Shown in pieces: positions 1-12,099 of a stretch of DNA of 64,000 nucleotides. The translations under genes were made by a program, and so were the position numbers. The first letter of the stretch is position 1, and every line of letters begins with the position of its first letter. The stretch comes from Laetmonice hystrix (Eukaryota), in contig OZ249436.1 of assembly GCA_965235115.1 (NCBI GenBank), positions 2,420,001 to 2,484,000 of the forward strand, given 5' to 3'. The notes under the pieces were generated by a model. The model made no database searches. It had not been told where the DNA came from and saw nothing but the letters and a program-made list of their open reading frames with translations.

Positions 1-845
1 GAATATTTATATCCATTGTAGAATAATTAGGTTTGTGTAAATATTGTTCAGCTTGCATCCACAATGTTCTAAAGTTCTGCAGTATTTGTAGTGGATAGTT
101 AGTGTTGGCAGATGATGGCGAAGGCGTAAAGCCCCAATCCTAATCTAAAGATCAAATAATTCGGGTAACGCTCTCACCATGTTCTTTGAAAGTTTCCGGG
201 TTTATACTCTAAAGAAATCCATCCTTTCTAACCAGAAATAATCAAATTCAGTTATTATTCTGAGGCGGTGTGAGTTTGTAATGTAAATATTTGGACTTGT
301 ACAGGAGAACCAATAATGTGGATACGAGAGGGATAACGAGTTTTAAAAATTATGCAAGGCGCTCGGTGACGTCACGTCCCTTCAGGCCAATCAGGATCGT
401 TCTGAGCCAGGGCAGAACATAAATTAACTAGCCCAAACGATTTACAGTACCATTGAGATCAAATGCAGCTATAGATCGGGAAATATGAGAGGACTGGCTT
501 CTTGTCATCTTCTCTGGGACGATGACCTCACGTGTATACGCCAGACCTCCCATTGCACGGTTTGCTAGAGATTCATGTATTAGTAATCTCCACATGGGGC
601 AGTTACCAATACTGAATCAGTAGGTAACGTGTTAGGGATATGGAATCCTAGAAGCCATGTTAAGCTTGGTGTCACCTTTTAGATACGTACCTACTTTTAG
701 AGCATCTTATGCAATGATAGTTTTCTATAGTTAGCAGTGTTTGTAAGTCGGCCTACTCTGTGGTGTCAAGGATGCCTGTATTGTGTTGTTGTGTGTTGTT
801 GCTTGTTGTTGTTGTTGTTGTTGACACTCGGAGTGATGCTTCCAG

Positions 846-947
846 AACAACCGCCCGCTCCGGGAGAAGAACCGGTCGGCGAAGTCTCCATACAGGTTGA
901 CCTCTTCACACATCCGGGTACTGGAGAACACAAGGTCACAGTCAAAG
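846..947 (+). CDS. unc-13: UNC-13/Munc13 internal exon, start of C2C domain ([34 protein letters not shown])
   Basis: Acceptor ttccag| at 845/846 and donor |gtcagc at 947/948, phase 1. The peptide [21 protein letters not shown] is characteristic of Munc13. Confidence 0.93.
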
Positions 948-1188
948 GTCAGCTTCACCTCCCCCGCCTCCCAACCCCCAACAACAAAAAATTAAAACAG
1001 GGGGAACAGGAATTGTATTGGCTTTGTCTCAGAACTTTTTAAATGGTAATAGGGCCCGGTTTCTCGAAAATACTTAAGTCTAAGTTTCCCTCAAATCTAC
1101 TCAACTCGGGAATAGCGTCAAAATGAAGTGAAATAGAAGATTCCCATTGGCTAAAAACGTTCTTTGGAGCCTCACATCTAGTCCTCAA

Positions 1189-1675
1189 ACAGTAGAATGA
1201 GCCCATCTGAGCCCAGTGTTCCACTGTTACAGTAGAATGAGCCCATCTGAGCCCAGCGTTCCACTGTTACAGTAGAATGAGCCCATCTGAGCCCAGCGTT
1301 CCACTGTTACAGTAGAATGAGCCCATCTGAGCCCAGCGTTCCACTGTTACAGTAGAATGAGCCCATCTGAGCCCAGTGTTCCACTGTTACAGTAGAATGA
1401 GCGCATCTGAGCCCAGCGTTCCACTGTTACAGTAGAATGAGCGCATCTGAGCCCAGCGTTCCACTGTTACAGTAGAATGAGCCCATCTGAGCCCAGCGTT
1501 CCACTGTTACAGTAGAATGAGCCCATCTGAGCCCAGCGTTCCACTGTTACAGTAGAATGAGCCCATCTGAGCCCAGCGTTCCACTGTTACAGTAGAATGA
1601 GCCCATCTGAGCCCAGCGTTCCACTGTTACAGTAGAATGAGCCCATCTCAGCCCAGTGTTCCACTGTTACAGTAG
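1189..1675. repeat. 40-bp intronic minisatellite, about 12 copies (agtagaatgagcccatctgagcccagcgttccactgttac)
   Basis: Near-perfect tandem array seen directly. Confidence 0.97.
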
Positions 1676-1717
1676 TGAGTACTGTTCCTGTACCCGCCAT
1701 GTGTTCTTTTGTTACAG

Positions 1718-1877
1718 TTGTCGCAGCCAATGACCTCAAATGGCGAACGACAGGCATGTTCCGACCCTTCGTGGAGGTCAACCTGATCGGTCCACACCTG
1801 AGTGACAAAAAACGGAGACACTCTACAAAATCTAAGAGTAACAACTGGTCACCAAAATTCAATGAAACATTCCACTT
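1718..1877 (+). CDS. unc-13: UNC-13/Munc13 C2C exon ([54 protein letters not shown])
   Basis: Acceptor ttttgttacag| and donor |gtaagt. Joins in frame to both neighbouring exons. Matches the Munc13 C2C motif. Confidence 0.95.
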
Positions 1878-2094
1878 GTAAGTATTTGATTCAGGCGGGT
1901 AATGTGTTGGCCGATTTATAATAAATGTCGTAGTCAAGATTTTACATGCATTCAGATACGCTTTTCAACCCCAAAAAAATACATTCAGAACTCTGCAAGG
2001 GCATTGCACATTTGACAAAATTAGTACATGTATGTCCGTAAACTAGCTATTGAATGGCAGGGTAATAGTTGATATTATTCTCCACCCTCTCCAG

Positions 2095-2380
2095 TATCCT
2101 GGGCAATGAGGAGGAGCCCGACTCGTACGAGCTTCACATCTGTATGAAGGACTACTGTTTCGCGCGAGAAGATCGCCTCCTGGGTACAGCCGTACTACAG
2201 TTACGTGACATCACAGAGCAGGGATCGTGTGCCTGCTGGTGCTCGCTCGGCCGCCGGATACACCTGGATGAGACCGGATGGACTATCCTCCGTATCCTCT
2301 CCCAGCGTACTAACGACGAGGTAGCCAAGGAGTTCGTCAAGCTCAAGTCTGAGTGCAGGCACCCGGAGGAGGTGAGCTGA
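2095..2380 (+). CDS. unc-13: UNC-13/Munc13 last recognisable coding exon ([27 protein letters not shown]...[29 protein letters not shown])
   Basis: Acceptor ctctccag| at 2094/2095. [10 protein letters not shown] and [20 protein letters not shown] are Munc13 C-terminal hallmarks. TGA at 2378-2380. Confidence 0.95.
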
Positions 2381-5300
2381 GATGGCAGACAGTCTAACCA
2401 TAAGGAACCAGTGATTTTGTTTTCTGGCGGCGCCCCGGCTGCCGGCTCTTGCCGCACGGGGTCGCTCCAGCAGCACCACGGTGCGCATGCCCAGTTGGAC
2501 GGGAGATATTTTTACACAGATCGAGAGTTGGTACTCGGTTACTGATTGGGTGCGGGAATCCTGCCCCAGTCAGGGTGTGGTTATGGCATTCCATTGGGCC
2601 GTGCTAACCAAGGTGCACTAAACTCCAGACAACATAACAAACAGACATAGTCCATGTATAGCTAACACAGATGATTTGCTATCAGTTTCTGGTCTACCAA
2701 AAGTCCTGCTTGACAAATCACTGTGCCTTTGTAAACAAAGAGATGTTCATCTGTTCAACATTGTTTTGTTACAAATATGCAAAGAATGGTGCCAGTCTTA
2801 TGACAGCTAGGATAAAGAGACCAGATGACATACGGAACACAGTGAAGCAAGGATGAGTACGGTCTGCATTCTAAAGTCCAGGCACAAATATTTCTACTTT
2901 ATACAAACAAATGTTGATGAAGGTCATTGCCGCGACTATGGTGCCCTTAGGTGTGAACTGAGGTCATAGCAGTAACCTACCCAAGGTCATACGAAGGTTA
3001 CCACAGGGCTCCGTCGTGTATATATTATATATATAAATATATCTACATATATATTATATATTATGGTAACAAGAAGTGTGGCAGACCTCCAAGTGTGAGG
3101 GAATGCCTCCTGTGAGGTAAAGTGACCTAGAGGACACTGAACATAATGAGGAGGGTGGTGTCACAAGTGACGTGGGCTAGGAGTGAGGGGGGCCGGGCCC
3201 CCCGAGGGGGGGGGGAGCCTGCCGGGAGAGTGCAGGAGTGCCGGAGGTCATATATAGGGAGGTGTGGGTATAGGTGTGGGAGGTTGTACGTACCCCATAC
3301 CGTCGTGGTCCACGGTTGTGTGGGCGTCCCGAGTCTGTATATCACAGACTTTGTACAATAACTGTACATAGTAGACATCTCTATACGGGTTAGTCCGTCA
3401 AGGTCAACAAGCAACAGCGGCATAAGTTCTTATTGTGCACGAAACCAAACCTCTTCACATTGGGAAGAGAGTCGCCGACTGGTGACAAATAACCTACATT
3501 CACGTAACTCCCACCACCCAAATCATGGTGACCCCCGACAGTGTCGCCCTCTGGTGTAGTAGAATCTTTATTTACATTGTTATTTATTTAATTTTTGTGG
3601 ATCAATATAGTGATAATGACAACACTGTTTTGTTGCAACTTGAATGTGCAGTGTAATATGGTAGGTGCCTGGTATAAGTAAGACTGAGGCTCAGACTGAG
3701 GCTCAGACTGAGTCTGAGGCACCAGCCACGTGGCTTGTCTCATAACGTGTGCTACTGTTTTCTTCAACTCTCCACATTATCGAGTATCACACGTGTAGTA
3801 ACCCAGATGACGAGTAGCGAGCCAAGTCCCCCTTTGTATGTGGAATGTGTATTATCATGGTCATGCCAATACTTGTATGCAGTGGGGTTTTAGTACCAGT
3901 TTTTTGTATTTACGATATACATGAGGTACGCGTGGCAAACAATTTTCTATGTAAGGTATTATTTCCTACGATGATGAACAATTATAAATATAGAGCTATC
4001 ATTTTGTACGGGAGACAGATACGGAAAGTTTACAGCTATATTGCTGGCTCTCAATCGTTAATCGTTTTATCATCTGTTGCCTTTCCTCAGTTAATTGGTT
4101 AAGGTTATGTGGACCTCGAGCGGCGGTGCGTGAACTCTTTGTGAGAGTGGTTTTGGCAGTGACAAACGCCGTTGTTAGCGCCTTCCTCTCAGTGACGTGG
4201 TAGTCCAACCTCGGGTTTCTACACAATCTATTACAGATAGCCTCTCTATTTTTCTACTTAGATTTCGGGTATTTTAGTGTCTCTGACGATAAATGATAAT
4301 TAAGCGTACTTACAGATCCGGAGTCACTTTGTGGACTCGCCAGAATTATAGCAGAATCATTGCCGACCTGGAACCACCCTGAGCGGTGACGTGTGTGACT
4401 CAGTGACGGGTTGGTGGATGACTCTGGCCTGGGCTGTGGTCTGGGCACGTCGTGGAGTGGTCGTCTGCTCGCCCGGCACTGGTGGCGTCCTCTAGCGGCG
4501 GAAGTAGTCGGTCGGCCTGTGCTCGTGTCAAGGCCGTCTGTCATGTACTCCTGCCCCGCCACGGTCACACAAGGTCACGTCATGGGGGTCAAGGTCAACT
4601 TCAGCTTGATATCATCTCGGACGGCCAGCTTATTTTAGGTGTTAATAGATCAGTTTAGGGCTGCAAAACAGATCACAAATTTTACTTTGTTTTCTTGAAA
4701 ATGTTGGGACTTTATATGAAAAAGAAAGTAAGCCGTTATTAGGGGTTTACCTGAGGGTTTACGTACCAAAGAATGTAATGCTATTATTCAGGTATGACAA
4801 TATAATCTACCATTTAGATTTAGGTTAGCAAAGGTTTCAGTCATCCTAGGCGGGGTATTGAATTAAAGAGGAGACTTCGATGCTCTACCATACTATCATC
4901 TACTCTGTCTGATGGAAAACGGTGCTTGCAATGCAGTTGTCATGCCAGAAGTATTTTCACGTGGAAGCACGCCGAGTTGTCCCAGGTTTAGCATTGTCGT
5001 CATGCTGTGTTAGTGTTAGACGTACCCGCGCCGAGGACGCTTCTATCGTAGCTCAACAATATTAGGCCTGCCATGGTGACGTGGTCACACATTGTTTCTG
5101 CATCAATGGAAGAAATCGACCTCTGATAAAGACAAATATGCAATCTACTGTAGTTGTCAGCCCGAGTAGTTTATATATGCTGTGTGTTGACCACCTAAAG
5201 ATGTAAACGTGAGACGTGTAAGAGTCTGCCGAACTCATTCTCCATGTAGTTGAGGTGCATACTCGTTTATATACACACCTATATAATATTATCTAGACGG

Positions 5301-5614
5301 ATGTACCTACAAGTTGGCGTTGGGAATTATCATCAACATCATATTCATCCAATCATGATGGTCGTTATTGTTGAACTACATTCCATTAAACTTGTTGAAT
5401 TTTATGTTAAGTACCTAGAGCTGCAGAATATACCCGTATTCGACAAGTAGTTAAACTTTGACGTTTTCTTTGGTCTCCAAATGTTGGTTCTATTCTACCA
5501 TTGTTTCACGAAACAAACGTGGCCTTGGGATGGCTGCTCCTGACAGCAGACAGGGACGTAACAATCTCTGTTACAATGGACTCCCGCTGGCAACGGTAAA
5601 CTGTGATCTGTGTG

Positions 5615-6127
5615 AGGGCACTCTCCGGGCAGATATTGTCCCTCAGTACAAACATTGCACAGGGCAATCTCCGGGCAGATATTGTCCCTCAGTACAAACA
5701 TTGCACAGGGCAATCTCCGGGCAGATATAGTCTCTCAGTACAAACATTGCACAGGGCAATCTCCGGGCAGATATTGTCCCTCAGTACAAACATTGCACAG
5801 GGCAATCTCCGGGCAGATATAGTCTCTCAGTACAAACATTGCACAGGGCAATCTCCGGGCAGATATTGTCCCTCAGTACAAACATTGCACAGGGCAATCT
5901 CCGGGCAGATATAGTCTCTCAGTACAAACATTGCACAGGGCAATCTCCGGGCAGATATTGTCCCTCAGTACAAACATTGCACAGGGCAATCTCCGGGCAG
6001 ATATTGTCCCTCAGTACAAACATTGCACAGGGCACTCTCCGGGCAGATATAGTCCCTCAGTACAAACATTGCACAGGGCAATCTCCGGGCAGATATTGTC
6101 CCTCAGTACAAACATTGCACAGGGCAA
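5615..6127. repeat. 46-bp minisatellite, about 11 copies (ggcaatctccgggcagatattgtccctcagtacaaacattgcacag)
   Basis: Tandem array seen directly, with two interspersed variants (attgtccc / atagtctc). Confidence 0.97.
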
Positions 6128-6612
6128 AGCTCAAGTTTTGACGGGATCAAAGCATGTCACAATTCAGTTTGTCATCTGTCACTAGAAGTGACGAAACTAT
6201 AACTTGCTCCAAACTATCACTTTTATGGCACTAATAATTTCCTTTTAGAGGCTATCGACTTTAAGGTTTTAGCGTTCCTTTTTAAGTTGTTAAGTCAGCT
6301 CAATGCAGCGGTTCTCCATTATTGCTGTGTGTCTTGTGATGATGTAAAATGTTATAACTTTGTCCTGGTGATAAGTTTGTCCTGTCCTTGCAAATCTGTA
6401 CATACGTAGAGTCTACTAGGATTTAGAGATGCATGCATGCTCTTCACTTTACAGTGTCACTTTCTTACAAGAAATCTTTTTCTTAAATATTTCTAAATAA
6501 GCAAGGTTATTTTTTCTTGCGTCATATTTCCTGTGTCGAAACACCTGTGTCATATAACAAACAGATTGTCCTCACATTTAGAATGTATTACCAAGGTGTA
6601 AAGCATTCTCTC

Positions 6613-6790
6613 CAAATATAAAAGGTCTGACCTATCCAAAATATAAAAGGTCTGACCTATCTAAAATATAAAAGGTCTGACCTATCCAAATATAAAAGGT
6701 CTGACCTATCCAAAATATAAAAGGTCTGGCCTATCCAAAATATAAAAGGTCTGACCTATCCAAAATATAAAAGGTCTGACCTATCCAAAA
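6613..6790. repeat. About 25-bp minisatellite, about 7 copies (aaaatataaaaggtctgacctatcc)
   Basis: Tandem array seen directly. Confidence 0.93.
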
Positions 6791-7021
6791 AAGGGTCCTT
6801 GATTAATACTATTCACAGAAATGTTGAAAAGTTCCTACCAAACTCGAGTTGAAATTCAGTATTAATAGGACTTTTCGATTTAAGTAATTCCCATCAAGGC
6901 TCTTTCTATTTTGCACTGTATGAGGTTTTAAATAGAAGGATAGCTTAAGATGAGCAGTTAACAAGGCATTTTCTTGCCTCTAGCTGTGCTCTGTCGCTTG
7001 AGTGGAGTGGGGAAACATGAA

Positions 7022-7347
7022 GTTCAGAATCTCTGTGACGGGGAAGGTTTGAAGTGCGGTATACAGCCGGCTCAGAATCCCTGTGACGGGGAAGGTTTCA
7101 AGTGCGGTATTAGGTGCGGTAGCTTCAGATGAGCAGTTCACAACGGTTCAGGTTCAGACTCCCTGTGACGGGAGCGGTTTGAAGTGCGGTATTGAAGTGC
7201 AGTAGCTTCAGATGAGCAGTTAACAACGGTTCAGGTTCAGACTCCCTGTGACGGGAGCGGTTTGAAGTGCGGTATTGAAGTGCAGTAGCTTCAGAGCAGT
7301 TAGCAAAGGTTCAGGTTGAGAATTCCTGTGACGGGAGCCGTTTGAAT
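7022..7347. repeat. Degenerate tandem repeat, 5 copies of core ctgtgacggg..ggtttgaagtgcggta (period about 70-85 bp)
   Basis: The core recurs near 7033, 7081, 7163, 7246 and 7327. Confidence 0.8.
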
Positions 7348-10300
7348 CCGTTTGAATGTCGTTTCTGTAACTAAAAGCCGCCATGTGTTAGGCAATAACC
7401 AGAATGTGTTATGTACATAGGTGTTTTCACATGCTTCCATTTCCATTATTTGCATAAGAGCACAACTTAATGTGTTTATAATATGTGCATGTATTTGCCT
7501 GTTGGTGCGTGGGAGAGAATGTGCGTGGATGTGACTGGGTGGTTGGTCTAGGTCTTGGATGTGTGTGGGGCAGGTGTCATATTGCTGAGTTATAGCAATG
7601 TCTGATTACAGTAGATCTGTACTGAGATTAATCTCAGAGTTACTTACTTCTCTATCGGTGTATATAACATAGTGGTTGCTTGAGAGAAATTATAAAGAAA
7701 GCTCCTTTAATCCTAATTCTAACTTATCTCTCTGACATGAGCAGAGTTTCTTTTCCAACGTTCTTGCATTGTTTGGCTGTGATATCAGTTTCTCTACTCC
7801 AATGTAACCATTGATAATCACTCCCCGATTATGATAGTCTGGTAATCAAGGATTATAACAAATTAAGACGACAATTATAGATGATACTGTAGAAGAAGTG
7901 TGAACATGGTGCCGTATATTGTGAGGTAAAATGAAGTACCATGACGGGTAACGACTCCTTCGACTAGTCATTTCACCAGAGGCTATAGCTGTGACGGGCG
8001 GACCGTCATGGCGACTTGCAGCTGTCTCACTCCTTGGCTCCTGTAACAGACACGAGATGTAAGTCAAAGTCCACTGTAAACCTGGCAAGGTGGGAGAGTG
8101 TTAGCGAGAGATGAGCAAACTGGGGCCAGTCTAACGAAACTCATTGCTATTATTAACGATATCGTTGCGAGAAGTGAATATAAGGTTACTCGTTAATAAC
8201 GATTTCATTAACGATTTACTCGTTAATAATGATTTCATTAACGATTGAGCTCTGATTCACTGCTAGGGACGTCAGGGAGTGAACAGCAGAGATGCAGCAA
8301 AATGAAATTTATGTATGTGTATATTGTGTTCGATGTAAGGCCTCAGGTTCACTGAACACAGGGGGCGAGTAAATGCTACAATAACACCCTCAACATGACA
8401 CATTCCATTACTGACCAGTCTGGGCCTTCATTGAGAGAGCAATACTAGTAACTTCTTACCTGCTTGATAACGCCTTGATGACCAGTACGCCTGGCACAAC
8501 CAGTACGCCTGGCACAAACAGTACGCCTGGCACAACCAGTGGAAGTGACCAGTCAAAGTTTGAAAAGCGCTGCGATTCTTGTACTGGTGGTATTGTTTCT
8601 GTAGCTTAGAATTAATCTTGTTCCAAAATATAAATTATGGAGACAATTCTACACATTCACGTTATGAGGGGAATCAGTCTCTTGTCCATGTTTCACCAAA
8701 ATACCAAATTGCCACGACAGTCATTGACCTGCCCAAGGCCACCTTAGAATTTGGTTAGTATTGGCGGAATCTAACCACCTCTCGTACTGACGCGAGTACT
8801 GAGTCACAAACAGTCAAGGATAAGTTCGCACTGGTTTTCAATGTTCACTAATTATGTTGTTAAGTGTTCATTATGATATTTTCCCACTACTGATCTGGTT
8901 CATCGTTAAAACAGTCGCCACTAATGTTGCGATGGTGTCCGAGACATGAGACCCTACCTTGGTGTATGTTTATTATATATATATATATCTGTGTGTGTGC
9001 TACCGATTAGAATCGATGGGTTATTTTTTTAAACGATGGAGACGCGACATACCTTTAGTTAAGGGCGTTAGTCGGGTGGACCCACGTACTGTTTGTTGTG
9101 ATTCCCAGTTAGTCCCACAATGTCCGGTCAGTGTACGGTCCTACAATAACTTATTTCGGTCGGCCATTGATCCGGTAGTTCATGTATAATAATATGTTTA
9201 CTGTACAGGCCCCAACCCATGGTGCTGCCCGTTGTCAATATACATATATGTATATACATATAATATGCTTATATATAGAGCAGTTAATTCCAGGACGTTT
9301 GGGGTTCTCCAAACGCGATTATAAATATTTCATATAACATGTTATATTAATTATATTATACGGCGTTAAATCGTCGGGATATATATCTCATTGGGACCAC
9401 CCGAACCGCCTTTTTCACATCGGTTGTGTGACGTTTCCATGACCTTGTCGTGGTCCATGACCTTGTCGCGGTTTGTTGTGCGTGAAGCATTGTTTCAGCT
9501 GTCCTCCCACCTTACGCTTCATGTCATGTGAATTTAGCCGTGAAAAGTCCCCGTGCAAGCTGTCAGTGTACAACATGAGACTGGACACTGTCAGACAAAT
9601 TCCTTAGAACAATCAAGGCGAGAAAAGCGGTGGCTAAAAATGTCGGTCATAGCAGACACCCAATTGTCTCAAATATTAGATCTTTAATATATGCTCATGT
9701 ATAACTAATAAGGGAATTGTGTTTTGTTTATTGTGACATTGATTGAAGTTTTATTTCATTTCAGTTTTTGGTTGTTGAACGATTATTTCACAGATCATTT
9801 CACAGAAATTGACATGTTTATATTTACAGTTAAGAAGTTATGAATTGATACTAACAACATGGCCTTGCCACAGACTTTCTTTCCATACCAAGAGATGTTT
9901 TCGTTTGGTTGTGACGTGCCTTTCGACATGTAACGAGGTGGTTTTACAAGGAGACAAGTGTCGTATTTGAAAATTTATTATTTAGAACTGCATACATGTG
10001 TCGAGATGTCCAAGGCCCGCTGGTACTGTATAAACAGCGCCACCTTACGATTAATTTCGGTACCATTGATGCAGATTGACCGTATTATAGCTTGGCGGGT
10101 GTTATCAGTTTCTTTGTCAGCACCTTTACCACGGACACGCCAAACACATCGCTACCAATGACCAAGAAAGTCCATATTTTGTAAAGAAAACATGATTGGG
10201 TATTCCGCATTTAAATCTATCATTCGTCGAATATAAAAAGGATGCCCCACCAAAAGGATACGATAGGCCTTATACAGTAGGTGGCAATTTGCTTAATTCA

Positions 10301-10354
10301 TTCAGTTGGTAGTTTGGGTTTGTTTTACAGAAGTGTTTTCATTGCATAAAGGGA

Positions 10355-10410
10355 AATAAAAGTATAATTATATTAAAATAATGAAGTGGAGTTTTTGTTT
10401 TATCTTGTAT
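10355..10410 (+). terminator. Putative distal polyadenylation signal of unc-13
   Basis: AATAAA at 10355-10360 and ATTAAA at 10372-10377, then a T/GT-rich tract (gtttttgttttatcttgtatt). Assigning it to unc-13 is inference. Confidence 0.5.
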
Positions 10411-10442
10411 TGGCCACATTAACATGTTTCCACAACCATTAA

Positions 10443-11592
10443 TCTCTAAAACTGCCTCATACTACACGATTTATCAATGCTGTGACTCTTTCTCTAAAAC
10501 CTGCCTCACACTACACGATTTATCAATGCTGTGAGACTTTCTCTAAAACCTGCCTCACACTACACGATTTATCAATGCTGTGATACTTTCTCTAAAACTT
10601 CCTCACACTACACGATTTATCTCTAAAACCTGCCTTACACTAGGCCTACACGATTTATGAATGCTGTGATACTTTCTCTAAAACCTGCCTCACACTACAC
10701 GATTAATCAATGCTGTGATACTTTCTCTAAAACCTGCCTCACACTACACGATTTATCTCTAAAACCTGCCTTACACTAGGCCTACACGATTTATGAATGC
10801 TGTGATACTTTCTCTAAAACCTGCCTCACACTACACGATTAATCAATGCTGTGATACTTTCTCTAAAACCTGCCTCACACTACACGATTAATCAATGCTG
10901 TGATACTTTCTCTAAAACCTGCCTCACACTACACGATTAATCAATGCTGTGATACTTTCTCTAAAACCTGCCTCATACTACACGATTTATCTCTAAAACC
11001 TGCCTCACACTACACGATTTATCTCTAAAACCTGCCTCACACTACACGATTTATCAATGCTGTGATACTTTCTCTAAAACCTGCCTCACACTACACGATT
11101 TATCTCTAAAACCTGCCTCACACTACACGATTTATCAATGCTGTGATACTTTCTCTAAAACCTGCCTCACACTACACGATTTATCTCTAAAACCTGCCTC
11201 ACACTACACGATTTATCAATGCTGTGATACTTTCTCTAAAACCTGCTTCACACTACACGATTTATCAATGCTGTGATACTTTCTCTAAAACCTGCTTCAC
11301 ACTACACGATTTATCAATGCTGTGATACTTTCTCTAAAACCTGCCTCACACTACACGATTAATCAATGCTGTGATACTTTCTCTAAAACCTGCCTCACAC
11401 TACACGATTTATCTCTAAAACCTGCCTCACACTACACGATTTATCAATACTGTGATACTTTCTCTAAAACCTGGATCACAGTACACGATTTATTTCTAAA
11501 ACCTGCCTCACACTACACGCTTTATCTCTAAAACCTGCCTCACACTACACGATTTATCAATACTGTGATACTTTCTCTAAAACCTGCTTCAC
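10443..11592. repeat. Composite minisatellite: 32-bp core (ctctaaaacctgcctcacactacacgatttat) with or without a 17-bp module (caatgctgtgatacttt)
   Basis: Seen directly. The 49-bp and 32-bp units are interspersed. Confidence 0.95.
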
Positions 11593-11707
11593 ACAACCAT
11601 TCAAGATGTTTAAAAAAAATCTCTCATCCCACATGAAAGAGAAGAGGGGCGATCTATCGGATCGTTGTATTAAACTGGAAACGGCTCTGATTGGTTCGTT
11701 CTTTTTC

Positions 11708-11990
11708 GTTCGACGAGACGTTATGGGGACGTCTTTAGTCGACGTCTTTACCGGACGTCCACAGGCCGTCTTGTAAAGACGTCTTAGTGACGTCCTGAAT
11801 AGGCCTATAGGCCCCTATATATCACCGACCTAACTATGACGTCGACGAGACGTTGTGAGGACGTCTTTTGTCGACGTCTTCAGCAGTCGTCTAGAGGACG
11901 TCTGGTTACGACGAGTTAGTGACGTCCTGAATATGACCGACCAAATAGGAACGTCAATGAAACGCTGTGAGGACGCTACGGCAGCCCGCT
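11708..11990. mobile_element. GACGTC-rich degenerate repeats, probably the subterminal region of a decayed DNA transposon
   Basis: Repeated cgacgagacgtt..ggacgtc..tagtgacgtcctgaat blocks with a period of about 130 bp. A similar ACGT-rich stretch lies at about 14980-15100. Confidence 0.4.
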
Positions 11991-12099
11991 GACTTGAGAC
12001 AATCTCTTTTTTTTAAATCCAATAAAATGAACATGGCAGCTGCCCCCTACAGACTTTCAAGAGTGAACTCATTTCCGTCGTAGGCTACATTTTAGCCTA

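Noticed and set aside
737..845. Signal-peptide-like Leu/Cys-rich N-terminus of ORF 737..1042
   Set aside because: It is an intronic (TTG)n/TG-rich tract upstream of the true acceptor at 845.
2381..2545. 54-codon open frame after the unc-13 TGA (stop-codon readthrough)
   Set aside because: The context is TGA-G rather than the leaky TGA-C, and this length is plausible by chance in GC-rich sequence.
5458..6185. Overlapping ORFs across the 46-bp array (likewise 23896-24263 and 27806-28389)
   Set aside because: They are by-products of stop-poor minisatellite units, with no supported splice or homology evidence.
10443..11592. CRISPR-like repeat/spacer appearance
   Set aside because: The intervening module is constant rather than unique spacers, there are no cas genes, and the context is eukaryotic.
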